A stretch of DNA of 64,000 bases from an uncultured Bacilli bacterium (GTDB lineage Bacteria > Bacillota_I > Bacilli_A > RF39 > UBA660), in assembly GCA_934086485.1 (NCBI GenBank), contig CAKOIF010000001.1:55438-119437 (forward strand), given 5' to 3'. The position numbers and the translations under genes are program-made. Under the pieces are notes generated by a model that saw only the letters and a list, made by a program, of their open reading frames with translations, did no database searches and had not been told where the DNA came from. Shown here one piece after another: positions 18,784 to 28,990 of the stretch. Each line of letters begins with the position of its first letter. The stretch's first letter is position 1.

Positions 18784-19829
18784 TGGAAGATATTTTTGTA
18801 GTGGTTCCTACACTAAATCCTAATATTGAAATATTTAAAAAGTTTTTAGATAATTTACTTGAAAGTACTAAAAATGTTTTAGTATATGATGATGGATGTA
18901 ATAAAGAATATGATAGTTTTTTCAAAGAACTTGAAAAGAAAAAAATAACTGTTTTACATCATTATGTTAATTTAGGTAAAGGTAGGGCAATGAAAGATGC
19001 ATTTAATTATTTATTATTAAAATATCCTAAATTAAAAGGTGTAGTAACTGCGGATAGTGATGGTCAACATAGTATAAAAGATATTGAAAAAGTTAGTAAT
19101 GAAATATTAAAACATCCAGATAGTTTAATACTTGGTTGTCGTGATTTTGATAGTGAAAATGTTCCTACAAGAAATAAATTTGGTAATAAAATTACCAGGG
19201 GTGTTTTTAAAACTTTTGTAGGACTTTCAATTACTGATACCCAAACAGGTTTAAGAGGATACCCAACTAAAGTTATGAGTAGCCTTTTAACTGTTAAAGG
19301 TGATAGATTTGAATATGAAACAAATATGTTAATTGAAACAATAAATAAAAAAATTCCTATTATTGAAGTTCCTATAGAAACAATTTATTTAGAAAATAGT
19401 AATAGTGAAAGTCATTTTAATCCAGTTAAGGATTCATTTGAAATCTATAAGTTATTTTTTAAATTTATTTTAGCAGGTCTTTCATCATTTATATTAGATT
19501 ATCTATTATTTTATATTTTTTCTTTAATCATCGGAGGAGCAAATTCAATACTTTATTCAACAATATGTGCAAGAGTATTATCAAGTATGTATAACTTCTT
19601 AATAAATTCTAATGTAGTATTTAAAAATAGAAATAGTTCATCTCTAATTAAATATGCATGTTTATGTATAATTCAAATGTTTGTATCAGGACTTGCTGTA
19701 GAATATATAGTTAAATTAACTCATATAAGTTCAATGGTAATTAAATTAATAGTTGATATAATTTTATTTATTGTAAACTTTGTTATTCAAAGAACATTTA
19801 TTTTTGTAGGAGATAAAAATGAAAAATAA
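18783..19829 (+). CDS. glycosyltransferase family 2 fused to GtrA-like membrane domain
   Basis: GT2 motifs (VVPTLNP, DDG, TADSDGQH). C-terminal 4-TM GtrA-like region. Confidence 0.75.
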   Translation: MEDIFVVVPTLNPNIEIFKKFLDNLLESTKNVLVYDDGCNKEYDSFFKELEKKKITVLHHYVNLGKGRAMKDAFNYLLLKYPKLKGVVTADSDGQHSIKDIEKVSNEILKHPDSLILGCRDFDSENVPTRNKFGNKITRGVFKTFVGLSITDTQTGLRGYPTKVMSSLLTVKGDRFEYETNMLIETINKKIPIIEVPIETIYLENSNSESHFNPVKDSFEIYKLFFKFILAGLSSFILDYLLFYIFSLIIGGANSILYSTICARVLSSMYNFLINSNVVFKNRNSSSLIKYACLCIIQMFVSGLAVEYIVKLTHISSMVIKLIVDIILFIVNFVIQRTFIFVGDKNEK

Positions 19830-20442
19830 AAAATATTATATACCATTTACTTTACTTGTGCTTTTTGTTATTAATAGTGTTTTAGTTATTAATAATAAGT
19901 ATGTGAATATTGATGATAGTGTTCATAATTTTGTAATGAAATTTTCTAGTGAAATGACTACTAAATTTATGAAAATATTTACATTTTTAGGTAGTACACC
20001 GTTTATAACTCTCTTATGTGTTTTAGTATTTGTCATTTTGTTTTATAAAAAACAAAAAGAATATGCTTATAAATGTGCTGGTATTTTAGTTATATCTACT
20101 TTAATGAATAATATTGTTAAAGTTATTGTCAGAAGACCTAGACCAGAATATATCACAGTAGTGGAAAATACTTTTTCTTATCCAAGTGGTCATACAATGG
20201 CTAGTGTTACCTTATATGGATTTCTAATTTACTTTTTATTAAAAAGTAAAATTTCTAAATCATATAAAGTAGTATTTAGTATTATTTTAGGTATAATACC
20301 TGTTTTGGTAGGAATGTCTCGTATATATCTTGGAGCACATTATTTTTCAGATGTTTTCGGTGGGGCATTACTTTCAATTATGTTACTTTCTAGTATTGAT
20401 ATTATTTATGATAAAACGCTTAATAGAAAAAAATCTAAATAG
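19819..20442 (+). CDS. PAP2-family phosphatase (undecaprenyl-diphosphatase-like)
   Basis: Acid phosphatase motifs RRPRP, PSGH and SRIYLGAHYFSDV. Confidence 0.8.
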   Translation: MKNKKYYIPFTLLVLFVINSVLVINNKYVNIDDSVHNFVMKFSSEMTTKFMKIFTFLGSTPFITLLCVLVFVILFYKKQKEYAYKCAGILVISTLMNNIVKVIVRRPRPEYITVVENTFSYPSGHTMASVTLYGFLIYFLLKSKISKSYKVVFSIILGIIPVLVGMSRIYLGAHYFSDVFGGALLSIMLLSSIDIIYDKTLNRKKSK

Positions 20443-20448
20443 TTATTT

Positions 20449-20479
20449 AAACACTTGGCCTTGGCTAAAGTGTTTTTTT
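20449..20479 (+). terminator. rho-independent terminator
   Basis: AAACACTTGGCC..GGCTAAAGTGTTT hairpin followed by T7. Confidence 0.65.
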
Positions 20480-20520
20480 ATGAATATATTTGTGTAACGA
20501 ACAACTTTTTGAAAAAAGTA

Positions 20521-20549
20521 TTGACATCTATATTTTTTTAGAGTATATT
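20521..20549 (+). promoter_or_regulatory. sigma-A-type promoter
   Basis: TTGACA, 17-nt spacer, TATATT. Confidence 0.55.
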
Positions 20550-20599
20550 TTAAATATGCTAGCAGCAAATATATGTTCGATATTAGAAAAGGAGGAATT

Positions 20600-21190
20600 A
20601 TGTTATTAGAGCTTGAAAATCATTTAAACTCAAAATATCAAGATGTTACAAACTATGTTATAAAAAAATCACAAACAAGCAATAATTTTATTAAGGAAAT
20701 TAATAAATATTTAAATTACAATGTTAATAACGCTAAATTTGATAAACGTGACATTGGAAAATTAGAAAAAATGACATTGTTAAATATTCAGAACATTATC
20801 GGAGGAAGTTTTATTTTGATACATAGAGTACAAATTGAAAATGTATCTACGCCAGATGCGAAATATATAAATAAAAATATTTTTAATGGTTCAAAGTATT
20901 TTGAAATTAAATCTCCAAAGAAAAGTTTAAATGAAAACTCTAAATTAAAGAAAATATATAGGCAGTTAGATGAAGCAAAACATCAGTCAAATAATGTGAT
21001 AATATCTTTACTTAGAGATGAATGTGATTTAAGTAATGAAGAAGCCAATTTACAAATAATTAATTGCTTAAATAATATCAGATATCATTGGATTGATACT
21101 ATCATTTTAATTGGCAAAAGTAATTATATAAAAATATACAAAAAAAGAAAGAACCTTAACGGAATGCCATTGTGGTCCTTTCTTTTATAA
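20600..21190 (+). CDS. hypothetical protein with possible PD-(D/E)XK-like motif
   Basis: Start moved to ATG 20600 (AAAGGAGG RBS). Segment PDAKY...YFEIKSP resembles a D..ExK nuclease core. This is a weak call. Confidence 0.4.
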   Translation: MLLELENHLNSKYQDVTNYVIKKSQTSNNFIKEINKYLNYNVNNAKFDKRDIGKLEKMTLLNIQNIIGGSFILIHRVQIENVSTPDAKYINKNIFNGSKYFEIKSPKKSLNENSKLKKIYRQLDEAKHQSNNVIISLLRDECDLSNEEANLQIINCLNNIRYHWIDTIILIGKSNYIKIYKKRKNLNGMPLWSFLL

Positions 21191-21256
21191 ATTTATTTTA
21201 TCACGAAAGTATATTGAATGTCAATCATAAAAAAATAAAATTAAAAGGAGGAAAAA

Positions 21257-21709
21257 ATGATTTATTTAGAAAGTATTAGATTATTAGAAAATGATGAAGA
21301 GGGGTTAGCAATGGATGAGAGAAAAATATATAATAGTTTTTATCCGTTTGGTATTTTTTCACACATGAAAAATATTAAAAATATTAAATTTGGCTCTATT
21401 ACGATTTTTTCTGGAAGTAATGGCTGTGGTAAATCAACTTTATTAAATCTTATTTCTAGTAAGCTTAATTCAGTAAAAAAATCTAATTATGATAAAGGAA
21501 CATTATTTAAAAATTATGTGGATGTTATGGTTTGCGAAATGAATAAGATTCCCTAGAAAATAGTTACTTTTACAAGTGATGATATATTTGATTATTTACT
21601 TGATTTAAAAAGTATTAATTCTCACGTTAATCGTAGAAAGTTCAATGATATTCCATCAGTTAGAACTTATTATGAATTTTTCAAAAGTAATGAAAGTAAA
21701 TTCACTTAA
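21257..21709 (+). pseudogene. AAA/ABC-like ATPase remnant with in-frame TAG and 3' truncation
   Basis: Walker A GSNGCGKST. TAG at 21554-21556 is followed in the same frame by KIVTFTSDDIFDYLLDLKS... to 21709. The total is far shorter than an ATPase domain. Confidence 0.6.
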
Positions 21710-21820
21710 AAATGACTATTCAAAAAAACTTAAGCAAAAAAGTGTCAAGAAAGTGTAATTTGTATTTACAAAGAGAGCTTTGCCCTTTATAATAAATGGT
21801 AACTTTGAAGGGAGGATAAT

Positions 21821-24079
21821 ATGAATAATTTACTACCTGTACTTATACTTAATGAAGTCATTATTCTTCCTAATCAAGAAATTAAAATCGATTTAAATAA
21901 TGAATTTAGCAAAAAAATTATTTGGGCAAGTGCTAAAAATGAAATTAACAAAGTTTTAGTTATTGCTCCCAAAAATAGTTTAGAATCTGCACCCTCAATC
22001 GAAGATCTTCCCAGTGTTGGTGTAGTTGCAAAAGTAAAAAGCAAGGTAGAACTTCCTAATAATAAATTGAGAGTTGTTATAAGAGGCGAAGAAAGAGTAA
22101 GTATTAATAAATATTATCAAAACAAAAATACTAATGTTTTAAAGTGTAGTTTTAATGTTATTGAACTTCCAACTTTTTCAAAGGCTAATGAAACTGCAGT
22201 CCAACGCAAATTAATTGAACTTACTAAAAACTATATTTTACTTAATAAAAATGTTTCAAATTCAATATTAAAAACTTTGGATGAAAGAAAAGATTTATCA
22301 GATATAACGGATATAATTACCTCTTTTTTACCATTTAGTTTTCATAAAAAACTTTCATATATGGAAACTATTAATCCTCTTACAAGAGCGGAAAGCTTAA
22401 TTAATGACTTAAATGAAGAAATACTTGTTACAAATATTGATAGAGAGCTTGATGAAAAATTAACTCAATCTATTGAAAATGGTCAAAGAGAGTATATTTT
22501 AAAAGAAAAACTAAAGGAAATTAATAGTGAACTTGGAATAACCAAAGAAAATGAAATAGCTAGTTTAAAAGAAAAACTATCAAGCCTTTCTTTGGAAGAA
22601 AAAACTTATAATAAATTATTAAATGAAATTAATAAATATTCAACTTGTTCAGAATTTAGTCCTGAAGCAGCGGTTATTAAAAACTATTTAGACACTGTTT
22701 TAAATTTACCTTGGAATAATGAAACAGTATTAAATACTGATATTAAAAAGATAAAAAATGAACTTGATGCAACTCATTACGGACTCGTAGAACTTAAAGA
22801 TAGAATTTGTGAATATGCATACTTATTATCAAAGAATAAGGAATTATCTGCACCAGTTATTTGCCTTTTAGGAGCACCAGGTGTTGGTAAAACTTCAAGT
22901 GCATACTCAATTGCTAAAGCATTAAATCGTGAGTTTATTAAAATAAGCGTAGGTGGTTTAAATGATTCAACAGAATTAATTGGATCACGTAGAACTTATT
23001 TAGGAGCCTCTGCGGGAAAGATAATGCAAGGTATAATTAAATGTAAAGTAAAAAATCCGGTTATTCTTATTGATGAAGTTGATAAGATGGTTAAAGATTA
23101 TAAAGGGGATCCAGCCTCAACTTTACTTGAAATACTAGATAGTACGCAAAATAAATTCTTTATAGATAATTATATTGAGGAACCTTTTGATTTATCGAAA
23201 GTAATGTTTATTTTAACTGCGAATAGTTTAGATAGTATTCCCTCAACTTTACTTGATAGGTTAGAGATAATTAATATGGATAATTATCTAACTAGTCAAA
23301 AAATAGACATTGCAAAAAATTATTTAATTAAAGATATTTTTAGTGAATATAAAACAGAAATTAAAATTAGTAAGGAAGTTTTAGAATTTGTTATTGAAAA
23401 TTATACTAAAGAACCCGGAGTAAGAGAACTTAAAAGATTGCTTGAGAAGTTAATAAGAAAAGTTATAGTAAATGAGCCTAATGCTAAAAGCATTACAATT
23501 CTACACGTTAATAAATATTTAGACAATAAAAACATTAATTATTTGCCTGAGATTACTACAAGTGGCGTAGCAAATATTTTAGCATATACTACTGTAGGAG
23601 GGCGATTATCCCATATTGAAGTAGTAAAATATAAAGGTACAGGTAAAGTTACTATTACAGGCTGTGCTGGAGAAATTTTAAAAGATAGTATTAATGTAGT
23701 AATTAGTTATTTAGCAAATAATTATAATATTGACTTGAAAAATCAAGATTTACATTTTCATTTTTTAGAAAGTTATGTAAAAAAGGATGGACCATCCGCA
23801 GGTGTATCAATAGCCTGTGCGTTAATGAGTCTTATTAAAAATAAAAAGATAGCATCACAGATTGCATTTACGGGAGAACTTTCTTTAAAAGGTGATATTT
23901 TACCTGTAGGTGGTTTAAAAGAAAAAGTTTTAGCCGCGATTACTCAAGGTATAACTAAAATATTTGTGCCATCTGCTAATGCTTTTGAAGTTGCAAATAT
24001 AAGCGAAAATATTACGAATAATATTGAAATAGTACTTGTTAGTAACTTTACAGAAATATATGAGACACTTTTTAAATAA
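21821..24079 (+). CDS. lon: ATP-dependent Lon protease
   Basis: LON N-domain, Walker A GAPGVGKTS, and S16 protease motif KDGPSAGVS with a downstream K. Confidence 0.9.
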   Translation: MNNLLPVLILNEVIILPNQEIKIDLNNEFSKKIIWASAKNEINKVLVIAPKNSLESAPSIEDLPSVGVVAKVKSKVELPNNKLRVVIRGEERVSINKYYQNKNTNVLKCSFNVIELPTFSKANETAVQRKLIELTKNYILLNKNVSNSILKTLDERKDLSDITDIITSFLPFSFHKKLSYMETINPLTRAESLINDLNEEILVTNIDRELDEKLTQSIENGQREYILKEKLKEINSELGITKENEIASLKEKLSSLSLEEKTYNKLLNEINKYSTCSEFSPEAAVIKNYLDTVLNLPWNNETVLNTDIKKIKNELDATHYGLVELKDRICEYAYLLSKNKELSAPVICLLGAPGVGKTSSAYSIAKALNREFIKISVGGLNDSTELIGSRRTYLGASAGKIMQGIIKCKVKNPVILIDEVDKMVKDYKGDPASTLLEILDSTQNKFFIDNYIEEPFDLSKVMFILTANSLDSIPSTLLDRLEIINMDNYLTSQKIDIAKNYLIKDIFSEYKTEIKISKEVLEFVIENYTKEPGVRELKRLLEKLIRKVIVNEPNAKSITILHVNKYLDNKNINYLPEITTSGVANILAYTTVGGRLSHIEVVKYKGTGKVTITGCAGEILKDSINVVISYLANNYNIDLKNQDLHFHFLESYVKKDGPSAGVSIACALMSLIKNKKIASQIAFTGELSLKGDILPVGGLKEKVLAAITQGITKIFVPSANAFEVANISENITNNIEIVLVSNFTEIYETLFK

Positions 24080-24120
24080 AAATATGGTATAATTTTCTTA
24101 CATAGATAGGAAAGTGTTGT

Positions 24121-24840
24121 ATGAATTTAAAAGATATTAATTATGTTGATTATGGTAAAAATATTAAAGGTACGATAGTACTTTTACACGGATGGGGTCA
24201 AAATATTCAAATGATGGATATGCTTGGTCATCCCTTTGAATCTGAATATCGTATTATAATTTTGGATTTACCAGGTTTTGGTGAGTCTAAAGAACCACCG
24301 ACATTTTGGAATGTAACAGAATATACTACATTCTTACACGATTTTTTAACTAAACTAAAAGTGTCAAATCCAGTTCTAATTGGTCATTCCTTTGGTGGTA
24401 GAATTGCAATTAATTATGCATCAAGATTTGAAACTGAAAAAGTTATTTTACTATCAGCACCATTTAGGCCTAAAAAGAAAAAATTAAATTTAAAAGTTAG
24501 AATATATAAGATTATTAAAAAAATAAAATTATTAAAACCAGTTACAAACTATTTAAGAAACAAATGGGGCAGTACCGATTATAAAAATGCTAGTGAAATT
24601 ATGCGTGGAAGTTTAGTAAAAATTGTAAATGAAGATTTAACTGAAAATGCAAAGAAAATTGAAGCCCCAGTACTTTTGATATATGGTACTCTTGATAAAG
24701 ATGTTCCTTTAAAAGAGGCAATTTATTTAGAAACTATTTTAAAAGATGGTGGTCTTGTTAAATATAATGGATTAGGACATTATGCTTATTTAGAAAACTT
24801 AAATCAAACCATTAATATTTTAAAGAATTTTTTGAGTTAG
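24121..24840 (+). CDS. alpha/beta hydrolase
   Basis: HGWGQN and nucleophile elbow GHSFGG. Confidence 0.8.
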   Translation: MNLKDINYVDYGKNIKGTIVLLHGWGQNIQMMDMLGHPFESEYRIIILDLPGFGESKEPPTFWNVTEYTTFLHDFLTKLKVSNPVLIGHSFGGRIAINYASRFETEKVILLSAPFRPKKKKLNLKVRIYKIIKKIKLLKPVTNYLRNKWGSTDYKNASEIMRGSLVKIVNEDLTENAKKIEAPVLLIYGTLDKDVPLKEAIYLETILKDGGLVKYNGLGHYAYLENLNQTINILKNFLS

Positions 24841-24850
24841 GAGGTCCTTT

Positions 24851-26422
24851 ATGAAATATTTAATGCTTTTATTAGTTACTGCTTTTTTCATATTTGAAAG
24901 TTTATTCTTTATTCAAATGCTTCAGCAAAATTCATATAATGAAAAAAATAGATTTTTCTTATTCGTTTTAAAAAACATAAAAGAAAATTTAAATTACTAT
25001 GCCCTAAAATTACTTTTCGGAATATCATTTATTTTATTTTCAAACTTTGAGATTATATTATATGTTTACTTCTTTTTAATAATGTTCATTTTAATTTATT
25101 CAAGTATATTGCAATATAAAAAACACAATAAGAAATTGCCTTTAAAATTTACAAAAAGAGTTATTAGAATTTTTTCTTTAAATATAATTTCTTATTTGGT
25201 AGTGATGATTATTTGCTTTAATAAGAATCTTACATTTTTACTTGGAATAGAACTTTCTTATATTGCGCTGCTTCCATTTGCTCTAATACTTTTAAATTAT
25301 TTATTATTCCCAATTGAAAAAATAATTTATGAAGTATATAAAAATAAAGCAATTAAACGTCTTAATAAGATGGAAAATATTAATGTAATAGGAATAACTG
25401 GATCTTTTGGTAAAACTAGTACAAAAATGATTTTAAATGATATTTTAAGTGTGAAGTATAAGGGATTTGCCACTGCATCTTCATTTAATACACCAAAGGG
25501 AATAACCAAAACGATTAATGAAACAGAAAGTATTTTTAATGATTATTTTATTGCCGAGATGGGAGCTCGTGCTAAAGGTGAAATCAAAGAGTTATGTGAT
25601 ATAGTTCATCCTAAATATGGAATTATTACAAGTGTTGGTCCTGCACATCTTGATACTTTTAAAAATATAGAAAATATTACTAAAACAAAATGTGAACTAC
25701 TTGAAAGTTTACCAAGCGATGGAGTAATAGTATTAAATAAAGATAATAAATATTTAAGAAAGTATAAGCCCATAAATAAAGTAAAAACTTTATGGTTTAG
25801 TTTAAATGATAATAAGACTGATGCTTATGCAAGTGATATTAAATATAGTGACAAAGGAAGCACATTTACTCTTCATATAAAGAAGAAAAATATTCAAGTT
25901 GAAACTTCACTTTTAGGCAAAGAAAATATTTATAATATAATCTGTGCAGCCCTTCTGGCAACTGAACTTGGAATGTCATTAAAGGAAATTCAAAAAGGCA
26001 TTTCTAATATTAAAACTATTCCTCATAGATTAGAACTTAAGAAAGCAGGAAATGTTACAATAATTGATGATAGTTATAACTCTAATCCAATCGGTAGCGA
26101 AAATGCTATTGAAGTTTTAAAACTAATGAAAGGTAAAAAAGTTATTATTACTCCTGGTATGGTTGAAATGGGCAAGGATGAAGAAAAATTAAATTATGAA
26201 TTTGGATTTAAAATGGCCGGAGTTTGTGATAGATTTTATTTAATTGGTAAAAAAAGAAGTAAGTCTATTAAAAAAGGAATAATTGAAAAAAATGAAAAAG
26301 CTGATATAAAAGTATTTAATTCATTTAATGAGGCATATAATGATTTTAGAAAAGATTTTGCAAAGGAAAAAGTAACGGTACTTTTAGAAAATGATTTACC
26401 GGATACTTACACAGAGAATTAG
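24851..26422 (+). CDS. murF: UDP-N-acetylmuramoyl-tripeptide--D-alanyl-D-alanine ligase with N-terminal multi-TM extension
   Basis: Mur ligase P-loop GITGSFGKTSTK and DSYNSNP. The first ~165 aa are hydrophobic helices. Confidence 0.8.
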   Translation: MKYLMLLLVTAFFIFESLFFIQMLQQNSYNEKNRFFLFVLKNIKENLNYYALKLLFGISFILFSNFEIILYVYFFLIMFILIYSSILQYKKHNKKLPLKFTKRVIRIFSLNIISYLVVMIICFNKNLTFLLGIELSYIALLPFALILLNYLLFPIEKIIYEVYKNKAIKRLNKMENINVIGITGSFGKTSTKMILNDILSVKYKGFATASSFNTPKGITKTINETESIFNDYFIAEMGARAKGEIKELCDIVHPKYGIITSVGPAHLDTFKNIENITKTKCELLESLPSDGVIVLNKDNKYLRKYKPINKVKTLWFSLNDNKTDAYASDIKYSDKGSTFTLHIKKKNIQVETSLLGKENIYNIICAALLATELGMSLKEIQKGISNIKTIPHRLELKKAGNVTIIDDSYNSNPIGSENAIEVLKLMKGKKVIITPGMVEMGKDEEKLNYEFGFKMAGVCDRFYLIGKKRSKSIKKGIIEKNEKADIKVFNSFNEAYNDFRKDFAKEKVTVLLENDLPDTYTEN

Positions 26423-26434
26423 AAAGGAATGTTT

Positions 26435-27586
26435 ATGAAATTAAAAGTAGGTTTTATTTATGGGGGTATTAGTACAGAACACGAAATTAGCATAATAAGT
26501 GCACTTCAGGCGATAAATAATATGAATATAGATAAATATGACGTAGTACCTATATATTTGTCTAAAAATGGTGTTTTTTACACTGGAAAATATTTATTAA
26601 ATATTGATAACTATAAGGATTTAAGTTTAATACCTAAAAAATGCAAAGAAGTATCAATAATTAAAAAGAATAATGACTTTGCTTTATTAAGTGTTAATTT
26701 TCCTCATAAAATATTAGCTACTATTGATATTTTCTTTCCGGTTGTTCACGGCTATAATGTTGAGGATGGTTCTATCGCAGGATTTTTGGAAACTATTGGG
26801 GCTCCATATGCTGAAAGTGACTTATATGCAAGTTTAATTGGCCAAGATAAAGTAATTCAAAAAATGGTTTTCAAGGAAAATGAAATAAATGTTGTTCCAT
26901 ATACTTATTTTTATGAAAATGAATATCTTGATAATGAAGAAGAAATAATCTCTAAAATTAATGAACTTTCTTTTCCGGTAATTGTTAAACCTGCAAGACT
27001 TGGAAGTAGTGTAGGGATTAGCATTGCTGCAGATGAAGTTTCCTTAAAAGAGGCAATTAATGAAGCCTTAAAATATGATGAAAAAATAATCGTTGAAAAA
27101 GTCATTGAAAATCTAAAGGAATTAAACTGCTCTGTACTCGGAGATAAAGACTTATATAAACCCTCTTTAATCGAAGAGGTTAGTGCTAAAGAAAATATTC
27201 TTTCTTACGAAGATAAATATATTTCTGGTAGCAAGTCAAAAGGTATGGCAAGTGCAAGTAGAAAAGTTCCTGCCGATATTTCAAAGAAGTTAACCAAAGA
27301 AATAGAAAATATGAGTGTAAGAGCCTGTAAAGCCCTTAATACAAGTGGAATAGTTCGAATTGATTATTTATATGATACAAAAAATGAAAAGGTATATTTA
27401 AATGAAATTAATATTATTCCAGGATCACTATCATTTTATTTATGGAAAGATACTAAATATAAAGATTTACTAGCAAGTATTATTGAACTAGGAATTAAAA
27501 AATATAAAATTAAATCTAAAAAACAAACTAGTTTTGAAACTAATGTATTACAAAATTTTAATGGTACAAAAGGAATAAAAAAATAA
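26435..27586 (+). CDS. ddl: D-alanine--D-alanine ligase
   Basis: ATP-grasp protein (GGISTEHEISIISA, FPVVHG, EDGSIAGFLE, SSVGIS, LNEINIIPG). ATG 26435 is preferred over 26429 because of RBS spacing. Confidence 0.9.
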   Translation: MKLKVGFIYGGISTEHEISIISALQAINNMNIDKYDVVPIYLSKNGVFYTGKYLLNIDNYKDLSLIPKKCKEVSIIKKNNDFALLSVNFPHKILATIDIFFPVVHGYNVEDGSIAGFLETIGAPYAESDLYASLIGQDKVIQKMVFKENEINVVPYTYFYENEYLDNEEEIISKINELSFPVIVKPARLGSSVGISIAADEVSLKEAINEALKYDEKIIVEKVIENLKELNCSVLGDKDLYKPSLIEEVSAKENILSYEDKYISGSKSKGMASASRKVPADISKKLTKEIENMSVRACKALNTSGIVRIDYLYDTKNEKVYLNEINIIPGSLSFYLWKDTKYKDLLASIIELGIKKYKIKSKKQTSFETNVLQNFNGTKGIKK

Positions 27587-27594
27587 ATTACAAT

Positions 27595-27715
27595 TTTTCT
27601 ATAGACAATGTAACATAAATATGATATATTTAATTTGCTCGAAAAAAATAAATTTTTTTGTGAGCATTTTTTTTGCAAAAAAATTTTAAAATCACATACC
27701 TTAGAAAGGATACAT
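27595..27715 (+). promoter_or_regulatory. conserved promoter plus 5' leader module, copy 2 (TAGACA 27602-27607, 17-nt spacer, TATATT 27625-27630)
   Basis: Same -35/-10 and the same TTGCTCGAAAAAAATAA and AAAATCACATACCTTAGAAAGG blocks as at 6250-6367 and 33320-33444. Confidence 0.65.
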
Positions 27716-28990
27716 ATGAAAAAAATAATAATAATTTTAATAACAATTTTTGCTTTTACTACAAATATAAATGCACTAGAAAATATAAGTTATTCAATAA
27801 GTGGAACAAATAAGTCACTTTGTTCAAAAGATGGAAAGATTTTTCTAGAGATACCTTCGATTGATCTTGATGGAAAAGAATCATACATTTTAAAACCAAT
27901 GGAAAGTTTTAATACAAATTTAAAAACATATGAATATGCAAAATATTCAAATTATGATTTACCCGAAGATCTAAAAGATTATTTTTATGCTTTTCTAGAG
28001 TATAAAAATATTCCTGGAATAAGCCATAGTAATTATCACGTTTTAACACAAAGACTTATTTGGGATTATTTATATCCAGAATTGGAAATAAGATTTTGTA
28101 CAAGACAAGGTAAAACATTTGAGTTTCTCGAGGAGGAATATTATCAGGTAAAAGATATGATTACTTTAGTAGTAAATGGACCAGAATTTTTTAATAGTGA
28201 TAATTACTTACTTGAAAATAAAGAATACACTTTTGAATTTAAATATTTAGATAGATTTTATTTAGTTTCAAAACCTGATGACTTAAATGTTAAAATTTAT
28301 GATAATAAACTATTTGTAAGTGGTCCAAAAGGAAAATATCAGTTAGTATTTAAGAAAAAACCTCTTGAAAATAAACCTTTTATTTCAGAAAGAATTATAT
28401 CTGATGGACAAAATGAAGTATTTTCTTACAGTAATTTTAATGATAAAGAATATAAAATGAATATTATAATTGATAGTGTAAATTTAAATATATTAATTCT
28501 TGATGTAAATAATAAATCATTAACTGACAAATGCATAATTTTACAAAATGAAAAAGAATATTTATCATATTGTACAAATGAAAATGGTATTATTAATGCT
28601 AAAGGTTTACTTAAGGGAAAATATAATATTTTATTCGAAGAAACTAATGAATATGAAAAAATAAGTCAAGATATTGATTTAAATAGTGATTCAATGGTTA
28701 AATTAAAATTAATACCTAAAAATAAAGATAATGAAGATAATATTATTAATAATGATAATAACAATAATAGTGATAATAATCAAAATATTAATGATAATTT
28801 AAATAATAATGAAAACAGCAATACTGATAATGAAGAAATAAGCCTTATTCCAGTTAATGGTAAAGAAAATACTAATGAAGACTATTTAATATTCAAAGAT
28901 ACTTTATCTATAAATAAGTTTTATATTGTAGCTATAGTATTTATCTTCTTAACAGCGGTGGTATTTTGCATCAAAAGATTAAAAAAATAA
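27716..28990 (+). CDS. cell-surface protein with C-terminal membrane anchor/sorting-like signal
   Basis: Start at ATG 27716 after the conserved RBS. Has a signal peptide, a Cna-B/prealbumin-like segment and an N/D-rich linker. C-terminus is a hydrophobic helix plus KRLKK. Confidence 0.7.
   Translation: MKKIIIILITIFAFTTNINALENISYSISGTNKSLCSKDGKIFLEIPSIDLDGKESYILKPMESFNTNLKTYEYAKYSNYDLPEDLKDYFYAFLEYKNIPGISHSNYHVLTQRLIWDYLYPELEIRFCTRQGKTFEFLEEEYYQVKDMITLVVNGPEFFNSDNYLLENKEYTFEFKYLDRFYLVSKPDDLNVKIYDNKLFVSGPKGKYQLVFKKKPLENKPFISERIISDGQNEVFSYSNFNDKEYKMNIIIDSVNLNILILDVNNKSLTDKCIILQNEKEYLSYCTNENGIINAKGLLKGKYNILFEETNEYEKISQDIDLNSDSMVKLKLIPKNKDNEDNIINNDNNNNSDNNQNINDNLNNNENSNTDNEEISLIPVNGKENTNEDYLIFKDTLSINKFYIVAIVFIFLTAVVFCIKRLKK

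Noticed and set aside
21554-21556. In-frame TAG in the ATPase gene as possible stop-codon recoding.
   Set aside because: TAG is used as an ordinary stop by neighbouring genes (for example 933-935, 10968-10970 and 62154-62156). The ATPase ORF is also truncated at its 3' end, so decay is the better explanation.
27635-27715. N-terminal extensions in the ORF track that start at TTG/GTG or upstream ATG codons (27635, 33370, 14236, 44136, 45582, 40106, 48433, 58160, 61440, 20573, 3142, 26429).
   Set aside because: Each extension runs through a conserved promoter/leader, a switch arm or a -10 box. An internal ATG with a well-spaced Shine-Dalgarno sequence gives the N-terminus seen in paralogs or orthologous families.
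28720-28830. Repetitive AAT/GAT-rich stretch that could be mistaken for a tandem repeat or array.
   Set aside because: It lies in frame inside the surface-protein CDS and encodes an Asn/Asp-rich low-complexity linker. It has no repeat-spacer periodicity. No CRISPR array is present anywhere in the window.
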